Below are positions 25,750 through 39,775 of a stretch of DNA of 64,000 bases, in pieces. Below the pieces are notes generated by a model. It did no database searches and was not told where the DNA came from. It saw only the letters and a program-made list of their open reading frames with translations. The translations under genes and the position numbers were made by a program. Every line of letters starts with the position of its first letter. The first letter of the stretch is position 1. Source of the stretch: Eledone cirrhosa (taxonomy: Eukaryota). The stretch is taken from positions 41,168,001 through 41,232,000 of the forward strand of contig OZ024744.1 in NCBI GenBank assembly GCA_964016885.1, in the 5' to 3' direction.

Positions 25750-28700
25750 TCTGGGGCTCTTTCTGCCTGTGTGTTTGTTTGTTTATGTGTGTTCGTATAC
25801 AGCGTGGCGATAATGCCACACAAGGGCCAAGTGGGATGGCGGATCCACAGATGGCTATGTAAACATACATTCGCCAATCCTCGATAAGAGTGTTTAAATA
25901 TCGAACATAAACAGTTCGAATAACGGTGAAATGGAGACTAGAACGTCATGTGACAGACTCTCACCCAACAGGTGCCCCCTGGCTCAGCAGCAGGAACCTG
26001 ACTGTCAACCAAATACTGCTGATGTTGGAGGAAGGAGAAGAAGGAAAGGGGCCAGAACCAACTGGACGAAAGAATTGAATAGAACTGTTATGCAATGCTA
26101 CCTGAAAAGTAACCCCAAGGAGAGGGGCTACAGGAGACGGATGCATAACATCTGGAACGAGATTGGTTTATTTAAATTAGATGAACAAAAATTGGCCGGG
26201 CAGGCTCGGGTAATAAGAACTAATGGGTGGATAAGCGAGCTGGAACTGGAGGAACTGAGCAGAGAGAATGGCTTGGAGATGGCGGGTGTAGTATGCCAGA
26301 CAAGCGAGCCGGTGGGAAATGAAGGTGAGGAGGTCCTGAGAACGGAGGAACCACCCGAAGCAGACAATGATCTGAGTACTGAGATAAATAATACCTGGAA
26401 CAGAGATACGGCCACTGAGGAGATGAATGCTGACGGGCTAGGACAAGATTCGGTTGACATCCTAAATTTAGTGGTAGATGAATTGAACAATGATAGTGGG
26501 AGACCTATGAACCTAAGATTTGTAGACAGGAAAAAGTTAAAAGAAACAACAGCTAAGGTAAACAAAGTCATCCCATACCTTGAGGCGAGGAGCCTTCACC
26601 AGTGCAACAATATCCTCAGAGCAACAGCAAATACGGTGAGGAAACTACTTGGTATAAAAGCGAGAGAAAACAACAGACAGGAAAGAGCAGAGCCGTGGTG
26701 GAAGAAGCGACTGAGTGGGCAAATCGGGGAAATGAGAAATGACATAGGAAAGCTTGAGTCACTACTGAATGGGACACTAAAAAACATAGGCACTAAAAAT
26801 AGACTGGAAATAAAATACAAAACTAGGAGTAAAAAGCTAAATATTATCATAGAGGAATTGAAGCAACGCATTGTAGCAAAGAGTGCCAAAATCAGGCGAT
26901 ACGAGAACAGAGTCAGTCAGTATAAACAGAACCGCATGTTCGACAACAACCAGAAGATGCTGTTTGGACAGCTTGAGGGCAAAGAAAGAGGCAACGACTT
27001 GATCCCTGGGGCGGAGCAAACTAAAACATTATGGAGAGGAATATGGGAGCAGGATGTTAGACACAATGCCCAGGCAGGGTGGATTGAGACAGTACAGAGG
27101 GAGATCGGTGAGCAGGCACAGCAACAGACTGATTTGAGTATCACAGTTGAAACTCTTAAGGGGCAAGCCAAAAAACTAACCAACTGGAAATCACCAGGCC
27201 CAGATGGTGTGCAGGGGTGTTGGATTAAACATCTAACATCCCTCCACCCGAAGCTGACGGCCATGTTCAATGAATGCTTGGTGTCGGGTGAGGTGCCAGA
27301 GTGGTTGACAAAAGGTACCACAGTTCTGATAATGAAAGACCGAATCAAGGGTAATGATGCTACCAACTATAGACCTATCACATGTCTGCCCGTAATGTGG
27401 AAACTGTTGACGAGCATTGTGTCTGAGGAAATCTACCATCACCTCCACACAAACAACTTGTTACCGGACGAACAGAAAGGATGCCGAAAGAAGTCACGTG
27501 GTACAAAGGACCAGTTGCTTATTGATAAGATGGTAATGGGGAATTGCAGGAGGAGACACACTGATCTTGCCATGGGATGGATAGACTACAGAAAGGCATT
27601 TGACATGGTGCCTCATTCCTGGATCACCAAAAGCCTGGAGATCTTCAGGGTGGCGGATAACATCAGACAGTTGCTAGGCAGGAGTATGGGGTCCTGGGAG
27701 ACAGAGTTGACATCAACTGGAGTATCCTTGGGAAGCGTGAAGATCAAGAGAGGTATCTTCCAGGGAGATAGCCTGTCCCCTCTGTTGTTTGTCCTTGCCC
27801 TGATGCCCTTGACCATTATACTGCGAAAAGTGAGAGCTGGATACAAGTTGGGAAGGGGAGAGCTTACCATCAATCACCTCCTCTTCATGGACGATCTTAA
27901 GCTCTTCGGGAAAAGTGAGAAGGAGTTGGATGTGCTTGTTGACACTGTCCGTATTTTCAGCAGTGATATATGTATGCAGTTTGGTATTGGTAAATGTGGA
28001 GTCATTGTGATGAAGAGGGGTAGGTTGAGCAGAAGTAACGGGATCCAGATACCAACAGGTGAGATGATAAAGGAAATTGACTCTGAGGAAGGATACAAGT
28101 ATTTGGGCGTTCTGGAGGCTGATGGCATAAAGAACAAAAAAATGAAGGAATTGTTAAGAACTGAATACATTCGGAGAGTAAGGAGCGTATTGAAGTCACA
28201 TCTGAACAGCAGAAATGCCATAGGCGCAGTAAATTCCCGAGCTGTGTCTATTATTAGGTACAGTGCGGGAATTCTGAGATGGAATGTTGCTGAACAGAAA
28301 GAAATGGATAGGAAGACTAGGAAGCTATTGACTATCTACAACATGTTCCACAAGAGGAGTGATGTCGATAGACTCTACCTAAGGAAATCTGAGGGTGGAA
28401 GAGGTCTTATCAGCATAGAGGACTGTGTTCAGATGGAGAAAAACAACCTATACAAATACGTGACCTATAGTATGGAGCCAATGCTCAGAGCTGTACTGAA
28501 GGAGGGGACAGTAGGCTAGGGGATGTCCAGGGAGGAAATAACATCAAGGAGGAAGAGCAGCCTTAAGGGAAAACCCCTTCATAGTACCTTCTTTGAGAAA
28601 ACTGAATTTAGAGATCCACAGACATGGAACTGGTTGAGAAGAGGAGACCTCAAAAAGTCTACAGAAGGAATGCTAATGGCTGCGCAGGAGCAGGCCCTCA

Positions 28701-29400
28701 AAACGAAGTGGTTGAAGCACCATATCTACAAGTAGGAGGCCAGCCCACTGTGCAGGATCTGTGGAGAGAGAGAGGAGACTGTGGCTCACATTGTGTCCGA
28801 GTGTAAACACCTAGCCCAGACCCACTATAAGGGCTGGAGACACGATGTGATGGGCAGGGTGATCCACTGGCACCTGTGCAAAGTAAACAATCTACCACAC
28901 TCTGAGAAATGGTATGAGCATAGGCCAGAGGCGGTGATGGAGAACAGTCAGGTGAAGGTGCTGTGGGATTTTAGGATACAGACGGACAAAAAACTGGAAC
29001 ACAATAGACCTGACCTGGTGGTTGTGGACAAAGAAAAAAGATCGTGCCTGATTGTGGATGTGGCCTGCCCGTTCGACACGAGAGTGCAAGAGAAGGAGAG
29101 GGAGAAAATTAACCGATACCAGGACCTAAAGTGGGAGGTGAAAAGGATTTGGAACTGCCATGAAGTCAAAGTGATCCCGATTGTCATAGGCGCACTGGGG
29201 ACTATCTCCTAAAGTTTCCAGGGATGGTTAAAGAAAATCGGCCCCTTCACGCTTTTTGGAACGCTTCAAAAGGCATGCTTGCTTGGAACAGCAAGAACCC
29301 TCCGATACGTCCTGAATATCTGAGGCTGCAGGTAGTGGCTTGATATTCAATCCAACGGACTTTCCAGTTAACCAACATCAATGACTGAGATTCAAGGAAT
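25750..29400 (+). mobile_element. Near full-length R4/Dong-type element; ORF 25931-29323 with three in-frame stops
   Basis: N-terminal WTKELNRTVMQCYLKSNPKERGYRRRMHNIW..EQKLAGQARVI typical of the R4 clade; near-identical to the upstream copy; stops at ~28517, 28733 and 29210; (AAT)n tail. The 5' boundary is uncertain. Confidence 0.88.
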
Positions 29401-29522
29401 AACAACAATAATAATAATAATAATAATAATTATAATAATAATAATAATAATTGTTTCTACGTTAGGCACAAGGCCAGCAAGTACCCAGTGTATTACTGGT
29501 ACTTTATAATAATAATAATAAT

Positions 29523-30395
29523 GCTTTCTTTATTAACCACAAGGGTTTACACAAAGTAGACATTAAGGACAGTACAGGACAATACGTGACGGTACAAATG
29601 GGCATTTCTGCATGTAAAAAAACAAAAAAAACAGAAGATGTAACAAAAAAGAAACAATGAAAAATTCCCCAATAGGGGGGAGACTTCCGACGGCCATCGT
29701 GGAGAAAGCCCATTAAAAAAGCCACGGTGACCCTGACCACCAGAGCAAGTGCCCTCTCCCAGTTTTCCACCTTCAATTTGCAGGCACATACTCAGAGTAG
29801 GGCCATTCACTTGGCCATGCCTGCCTCGCTCACCCATCTTTCAACAAAATGCTGGGAAGATAGCATTTCCCTCTCTACCCTGATTTTCCTTTTCAAATGA
29901 AATTTTAAAAAGTTAATCAGGGCATTACCAAAGAAGTAAGTGCTTGTCTTCAGCCCTTGGAAACGCGCCCACCACACTATCTCTTTCGCCATGGCCAGGT
30001 AAAAACTGCCTGCCCTTCTCGGCTAAAGGAAGACTGCGGGGCAATCCTCACGATGGACTCAGCTGATAGCTGGATCCGTCCTACACGCGACAGGTGTTCG
30101 ACATAAACCCACAAGGCAGCAATGTTTGGACACTGAACGAGTGCATGCAGGATGGTTTCATCGCCCTGCGCGCATCTCAGGCACACCCGACTGACGGCAC
30201 TTCCATGCCTGTAGAGTTTATTCAGACCTGGCAAACTCCTTGGTAGCACTGCCAAGCCAGGGATTCCTGGAAGTTGTCCATAGGCCCCGGCTCAAAAGTT
30301 CTCCCGAAGAGATTGGCTAGTTGATTTTCGTCGACACCCAGAGTCTTCCCAAGTACGTCGTCGCGCTTTCCCTCTACTAATCCTCTATAGAAAGA
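29523..30395 (-). mobile_element. 5'-truncated Tx1 copy flanked by (AAT)n
   Basis: Homologous to 15867-16740. Confidence 0.9.
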
Positions 30396-30412
30396 CAATA
30401 ATAATAATAATA

Positions 30413-30591
30413 ATTGTTTCTACTTCTGGCACAAGTCCAGCAATTATTGCAGTGTATTACTGGTACTTTATTTTATCGACCCCGTAAGGACGAAAGGCAA
30501 AGTTAACCTCGGCGGGATATGAACTCAGACCATAAAGGACCTTAACTCTTTGCTGTAAAGCATGGCGTCCGACCCTCTACCGATACTGCCA
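30413..30591 (-). mobile_element. SINE family B in (AAT)n
   Basis: TTGGCAGTATCGGTAGAG head, B box and AGAAACAATTATT tail; further fragments at 29451-29507 and 30733-31035. Confidence 0.8.
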
Positions 30592-31101
30592 AAATAATAA
30601 TAATGTTTTTCAAACATTACAATGAACCACGCACCCCACCACCACCACCACCGCCACTGCCACTACTACCACCGAAAAATGAAAATGATAATGGTTTGTT
30701 GATGTTGATGGTGGTGATGCTGATGATAATGGTTGTTTCTTCTTTTAGAACAAGGCCAGCGATTTCCACAGAGAATTGTTGTTGCTCTGTCTTGTCGACC
30801 CCGTGAAGTGAGGAGTGGGGTTGACCTTGGCAGGATTTGTGCTCAGACCATAAATGGCAGATGCTGAAGATCATAATAATTGTATCACTTTTGGCACAGA
30901 GCCAGCGATTGACCTCTGCAGGGTTTGTGCTCAGACCATAAATGGTAGATGCTGATGATAATGGTGGTTGTTTCTGTTTAGGGCACAGTGCCAGCAATTG
31001 CTCCAGTATATTACTCTGTTTTATTGACTCCGTAAGATAATAATAATGACTTATAAACAGGATTCACATTAGGAAAATATTAAAAACAGCACAAAAAAAT
31101 A

Positions 31102-31545
31102 ATCTATATTATAAAGCTGACGGCCGTATGTATGTAACAAACCTTTCGCCAAACGGCTGAACCAAACAGCACCAAATTTGCACCATAGATGTAACTTTTT
31201 TCAAGTAAGAAAGTGAGGGTATTTTTGTCTTCTAAATTTCGTTAAAAGATTAAAGATATTTTCTCGTTTATTTACATATTCACTTCTTTAAAATTTTCAA
31301 ATGTCAACACTTCCGGTTATACGACATTCCTTTCTCTTTCTTAGTCTGTCTTTTTAAACAGATGCATAACTATAACGTCGCACCCTTATAATATGTCTCT
31401 GTATGTCTGGCTGTCTGCATTAGATACATAGCTATAACATCGCACGCTCATAATATCTGTCTGTCTGGCTGCCTGTCTGATTGACTTCGCTTCTAACCAA
31501 CTTTTAATTAATTCAGTGCAAAGGTACCGCACGCCCTCTCAATAA
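31102..31545 (+). mobile_element. Possible non-autonomous Helitron (Lep1-like)
   Basis: Starts aTCTATATTATAAAGCTG..TGTATGTATGT..AAACGGCTGAACC..CCAAATTTG, the usual 5' pattern of such elements; 3' CTAG end not clear. Confidence 0.45.
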
Positions 31546-31630
<85 letters not shown>

Positions 31631-31633
<3 letters not shown>

Positions 31634-31935
31634 ATAATAATAAATGTGAAGACTAAAATTCAAAGAGACCTGATAAGGATAGATATATATCAAATTTATA
31701 AGAACCTTAGAGAAAATATTGTTCTCATTGCTGACGTATTATCTTCGCTTTTTCCCGTTCATAACCAGGGAACGTCTTCATGAACCAAAGCATCGTCTTC
31801 CTGTTTTCCTTCGGTTGCAACGTTTTTCGAAATATTTACTTCTGCGTTCACAGATTGATTTTTTTAGTTTTAGAAGATCCCCTTAAGGGTGAAAGCAGCG
31901 ATTCTGTGCTTAAACTTTAATCTGTTATTTTAATA
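31631..31935 (+). mobile_element. PLE pLTR fragment with inversion and variant HHR (31851-31924)
   Basis: Homologous to 9290-9730; flanked by (TA)n. Confidence 0.75.
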
Positions 31936-31947
31936 TATATATATATA

Positions 31948-32825
31948 CAAAATAATTTGGAGATAATTATAAAGAATTAATATATCTAGTAACATATATA
32001 TACACAGATGCATACTTATGCTAGCAAATATATAGGTTTTGTCTTAGTAACTTTGTGGTTCAATGCATGGGGATGCAGAACAATAATATGAGAGACGTAA
32101 AATAAAAAAATTATAAAATTAACTCACTAAAATTTCACTCCAACTAATTAGTTTCTGAAAGGGAATAAACATAGTTTCCGAAGAAATTATTGTTCTGCAT
32201 CCCCATGCATTGAACCACAAAGTTACTAAGACAAAACCTATATATTTGCTAGCATAAGTATGCATCTGTGTATATATATGTTACTAGATATATTAATTCT
32301 TTATAATTATCTCCAAATTATTTTGTCGAGCAAAAATTGGCCAAAACTGCTACTATAGTAACGGTCCGGCTGCTGTCTTCTTAACAAACCATTCTTCACT
32401 GATTGACCTCGATGTCACGTGACTGATTCTTTTGAATTTGCCACCGACGCAGTAGGCAGTGATTTTTTCAATGGCTTGGAATTTAGTCCACGCTTTGCTT
32501 TTTTCCATCCACTGAATTATTTTTGTATAAGTTCCCTGTGTCCACGTATTGCCTGGAAACTTAGCTGAGAATAGACTTCCCTGATGACGAAAGGCTTCTC
32601 CGTACGTTTCTTCGGAAACTATGTTTATTCCCTTTCAGAAACTAATTAGTTGGAGTGAAATTTTAGTAAGTTAATTTTATAATTTTTTTATTTTACGTCT
32701 CTCATATTATTGTTCTGCATCCCCATGCATTGAACCACAAAGTTACTAAGACAAAACCTATATATTTGCTAGCATAAGTATGCATCTGTGTATATATATG
32801 TTACTAGATATATTAATTCTTTATA
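31948..32825. repeat. ~520-bp unit with terminal redundancy plus upstream inverted copy (PLE/retrozyme-like)
   Basis: 32187-32305 is repeated directly at 32707-32825; 31948-32186 is the reverse complement of the unit end and start. Confidence 0.75.
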
Positions 32826-32969
32826 TATATATATATAATGATATATTCGTGTACAGATATTTTTGCATACACAAAAACAAAATATAAACAAACGTATTTA
32901 TTTCACGAAAGCACAGACGGCTTATCGTCATTGTTACTGCCGATATGCCACCCAAAAGGACCCAGCCTG

Positions 32970-33825
32970 GCTGTATAGGATCTGTGGAGAGAGAGAGGAG
33001 ACTGTGGCTCACATTGTATCCGAGTGTAAACACCTGGCCCAGACTCACTATAAAGGATGGAGACATGATGTGATAGGAAAGGTGATTCACTGGCATCTAT
33101 GCAAAGTAAACACTTTACCACATTCTGAATAGTGGTATGAGCATAAGCCAGAGTCGGTGATAGAAAACGATCAAGTGAAAGTGCTATGGGATTTCAGGAT
33201 ACAGATGGACCCGAAATTAGAACACAATAGGCCTGACCTGGTGGTTTTTGACAAGGAAAAACATTGTGCCTGATTGTAGATGTAGCCTACCCATTTGACA
33301 CGAGAGTGCAAGAAAATGAGGAGAAAATTAACCAATACTAAGATTTAAAATGGGATTTAAAAAACATTTGGAAATGTCATGAGATCAAGGTCTCCCTGAT
33401 TGTCATAGGAGCAATAGGTACTATCTCAAAGAGTTTTCAAGGATAGTTAAAGAAGATTAGTCCGGCCCCCTTTTTTGGAACACTTCAAAAGGCATTGCTG
33501 GGAACACCAAGAACCCTCCGATTCGTCCTGAACATCTGAGGCTGCAGGTAGCGGCTTGATGTTCATTTCAACAAACTTTCCAGTTAAATAACTGTTTCTA
33601 CTTTAGGCACAAGGCCAGCAATTACCCAGTGCATTACTGGTACTTTATTTTATCGACTCCGTAAGGATGAAAGGCAAAGTCAACCTCGGCGTGATTTGAA
33701 CTCAGTCCGTAAAGGGACGTAACTATGCTGGAAAGCATGGCGTCCGACCCTCTACCGATACTGCCAATCCACCGCCCTTTCCAGTTAAATAACACCAATG
33801 AGTGAGACTCAAAGAATAGTAATAA
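32970..33825 (+). mobile_element. Older degenerate R4/Dong 3' fragment
   Basis: RICGEREETVAHIVSECKHL..RHD..RPDL, with the same 3' UTR as 24741-24820. Confidence 0.85.
33593..33776 (-). mobile_element. Full-length SINE family B with 17-bp TSD
   Basis: ctttccagttaaataac is duplicated at 33576-33592 and 33777-33793; another copy lies at 33830-34003. Confidence 0.88.
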
Positions 33826-34034
33826 TAATTTTTTACTTTTGGCACAAGGCCAGCAATTATTCCAGTGCATTACTGGTACTTTATTTTATCGACCCCGTAA
33901 GTATGAAAAACAAAGTTAACCTTGGCGGGATTTGAACTCAGATCGTAAAGGGGCGTAACTCTATGCTGCAAAGCATGATGTCCGACCCTCTACCGAAACT
34001 GCCAATAATGTTTAATAATCATTGCTATCGTTTC

Positions 34035-34165
34035 CTTATCATCATCATCATCATCATATTGTTGTCATCAGCATTGTTATTGTTATCATCACCACCCTCA
34101 CTAAAACTGTTATCACTCTCGACATCACCATCATTATTCTCATTGTCTTCACCATCATCATCACT

Positions 34166-34196
<31 letters not shown>

Positions 34197-34270
34197 TCAT
34201 CATCACCACCACCATCATCATCATCATCATCATCATTATCATCATCATCATAATCATCATAATCATCTTT
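34035..34270. repeat. (ATC/ACC)n tract
   Basis: Directly visible. Confidence 0.9.
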
Positions 34271-34469
34271 AATCTCAACTTAATCATTGGATCTTCCGTG
34301 AGCTCATCTGAAATATTCCTGCCTACACTCTCATATACAAACATATGTAAATCCTTTACTTGTGTATTTTCCATGTTTGTAGATATCTTCTATTGTCTCA
34401 TGTGCATCTTTCCTAGTGGCTGTTTTTCTTTGTCTTAAGTCTAAAGTCTGTCTTAGGCCAGAAAGCTCG

Positions 34470-34730
34470 TTAGGTTGGTGCTTATCCATGTTCCATGGCG
34501 TGAAGTTACTGAGTGTACAAGACTCGCCCCACCCTGTTGGATAGGATGCAATTCCATTGCAGGGTTAAACCCCTAGCCATTGCTGGTACTAATTTTGACC
34601 TGAGTATACTGGAGCAACATGAAATAAAGTGTTTTGCTCAAGAACACAACACACAACCCGGCCCAGGAATCGAATCCATGACATTATGATCATAAGTCCA
34701 ACACCCTTTCTACTAAGACATGTGTCTAGT
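34470..34730 (-). mobile_element. Diverged tRNA-derived SINE related to family A
   Basis: Contains TTCTTGAGCAAAACACTTTATTTCATGTTGCTCCAGT and a tRNA-like head. Confidence 0.6.
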
Positions 34731-35034
34731 ACATACCGGAAATAAGTAGGCACTTTACCTGTAGTTGTACGAAATCTCTATCATCTATTTTAAGATGTGG
34801 CTGATGAGGGATGTAAATTTTCATTCAACCTTCATCCATTGTGTATGTTTTCCTTTTCCTGAATCCAATGATACATACATGTATGCATACACACATTTTA
34901 AGCCACATTCCTCATTAGTGTTAAATTTAAAATGATTTGTTTTTTTAATGTCTATCTCATCATATGCTATATTTGTGTGGCAATTTCATCTGAATTTAGA
35001 AGATTGATATTTAGTGTAATATATAGGGTATTAG

Positions 35035-35240
35035 ATTGGCAGTTTCGGTAGAGCATCGGACAACATGATTTATGGCATAGAGTTACGGCCCTTTACGATC
35101 TGAGTTCAAATCCTGCCGAGGATAACTTTGCATTTCATCCTTACAGGGTCAATAAAGTACCAGTAATGCACTGGGGTCAATTTAGTCGACTTTCCCCTCT
35201 CTCCGAATTGTTGGCCTTGTGTCTAAATCAGAAACTATTA
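35035..35240 (+). mobile_element. SINE family B variant
   Basis: TTGGCAGTTTCGGTAGAG..GAGTTCAAATCC..GGCCTTGTGTCTAAATCAGAAACTATTAT. Confidence 0.75.
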
Positions 35241-35397
35241 TTTAGCGTAATACGAATATATTCATGGGTGAGTGTTTAAGAAGTTTCTTTCCCAACCAAG
35301 AGGTTCTGGGTTGAATCCCATTGTGTGGCATCTTGGGCAAGTGTGCTTTACATAGCCCAAGGTTGATGGAAACCATAATAATATATATATATATATT

Positions 35398-37782
<2,385 letters not shown>

Positions 37783-37957
37783 GATATTAACAAATGGAAA
37801 CTATATTTATAAAACTATATCTATTTTATTATACATATTTCAAGGATACCACCATTTGTTAATATCGTATATTTACTCCAAATACTTGTCGAGTGCTTTA
37901 TATCAGTTATAAAAATATTTGCTTGTTGTATCCCAACAATTTAAATAGAACTTTTGC

Positions 37958-38011
<54 letters not shown>

Positions 38012-38064
38012 CAAGAGATTTAAAAGAATCAAAGTCAGTCTTGCATATGTACAAACTTTATAAG

Positions 38065-38143
38065 CATATTACAATTGTTTCAATATCAATCAGCTCAGGG
38101 TACAATCAATATATATATATATGTCAACATCTCATCAGATATG
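38065..38143 (-). ncRNA. Inverted hammerhead copy, stem II loop replaced by (AT)n
   Basis: Reverse complement of the stems and core of 38178-38264. Confidence 0.6.
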
Positions 38144-38177
38144 CAAGTTTATATATGCAAAGAAACACATAAACTCG

Positions 38178-38264
38178 CATATCTGATGAGATGTTGAAAA
38201 AGAGTTGGGCTCCATTACCTTGATTGTACCCTGAGCTGATTGATATTGAAACAATTGTAATATG
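38178..38264 (+). ncRNA. Type I hammerhead ribozyme with 58-nt stem II region
   Basis: CATAT-CTGATGA-GATGTTGA...TTGATATT-GAAA-CAATTG-TA-ATATG; canonical core, palindromic stem III, GUA site. Confidence 0.75.
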
Positions 38265-38629
38265 TCAATAAAGTTTGTACATATGCTGGAACACTAACTT
38301 TAATTCTTTTAAATCTATTTACACTTTGCCCACTACAGCTGCCTTAACTCTGGAATACAGCCAAAATGAGATGGAACTTGTAACAGTACTGAGTGCATTG
38401 AATGGTGCGCTGCCTGTAACTGTTGTTACTCACCTAACACATACACACACACACACAAGTATATATCAATTTGAAAAGTCGTTCTGTGTGGCTAAGATCA
38501 TAAAAAATGAATAAAAGAATAACAGTAACTTTCTTTTTCTCACTTAGTCACTCTCTGCTCCACCTGTGTTATGTCTGTCCACCTTCTCTTTCTCACTTCT
38601 GTGCATAATTTCTTTTTTTTCAGTTACAA

Positions 38630-39700
38630 CACATTGGTTTGTAGCAAAGTTTGTTTTATTTGTAAATATTCAAGATTCGTTTAAGTCATCGACTGTCTTA
38701 TGGACATTTGAACAGGCTTTTTCTTCAAGGATATACCAAACTGAAAAGTCCATAAGGTACAAATCAGGTCAACAAAGAGGCTACATTTCTTTGGACCAGA
38801 ACCTCAGTAGATGGTCTCTGCACCAAGCTTGTGTGACATTTGGTGTATGGGAGGTGACTCCATCCTGTTGGAAAGTCCACTGATAATCATTGCTAAAATG
38901 GTTAGTTGCAGAAGCAAGCATAGGCTCCAGAATACCGTTTATGTAAGATTGGGAGCTGATTTTTGTCCTTTCTTCCACAAAAAAGAGAGGAGACTTCAAA
39001 GATGATGAAACAGCTTCCCAGACCATATCAGAAACTGGTTTCATTGTATGGAATACAGATGTTTTGGTCAACATTGATTCCTGATGTTTTTTCCCAATGA
39101 CTTGATCATTTCTTTGGTTGTGTGTCTGCCCAACAGTGAAAATCTTTTCATCTGACCAGCCACGTTTCATTTCTTTAAGCAAATTCTTGCTTCTCTCTAG
39201 TCTTTTTTGTTTTGTCTTTTCAAAAAGGATTTGTCTCTTCTGAAGGCTGAAGGAAGACATTTCTAAGTCATCATTGATGATGCTTCTCCTTGTCTCAGGG
39301 CTTACTCAGACCTCTTTTGCCATTTTTCTCATCCATCTTTTTTGATTTTTCTTATCCTTTTCTAAACGGCTTTAATGAGAGTAAAGGTCTGTCTATTTTG
39401 TGGTTTTCCACTTCTGGGTCTATCTGACAAATCTTTATCTTTAAAACACTTCACAGCTTTCCAAACAGTAGATCTTGTAACTGAAAGTAACTTTGTAATA
39501 TCCGAATCTGACTTCCCTGTGCGATGAAGTTTGAGCATCATTTCTCTATTGGATAACATATTCAAATTCTTTAAGAAATTCAAGTCCAATATGTTTACAT
39601 GGACTAATGTTTTAAAATGAAAATAAAAAAAGATTAATGATATACTTAGAACACTTTTAGAAAACAAATTTAAAAAATTTGCTTCTGAACTTATGCCACC

Positions 39701-39703
<3 letters not shown>
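38630..39703 (-). mobile_element. Tc1/mariner DD37D (maT-type) transposase relic
   Basis: WSDEKIFTV..NQRND, QQDG..37 aa..(PDLYLM)D; HTH with DRPRSGKP; 5' end TA|CAGGGTGGCATAAG. Confidence 0.85.

Positions 39704-39744
<41 letters not shown>

Positions 39745-39775
<31 letters not shown>

Noticed and set aside
25750-25930. Possible HDV-like ribozyme in the R4 5' UTR (hairpin GTGGC/GCCAC, TCCTCG motif)
   Set aside because: Could not build the nested P1/P2/P3 pseudoknot by eye; needs a descriptor search
34795-34910. ATGTGG-CTGATGA-GGG hammerhead-like start
   Set aside because: No properly placed GAAA, NUH or stem I partner
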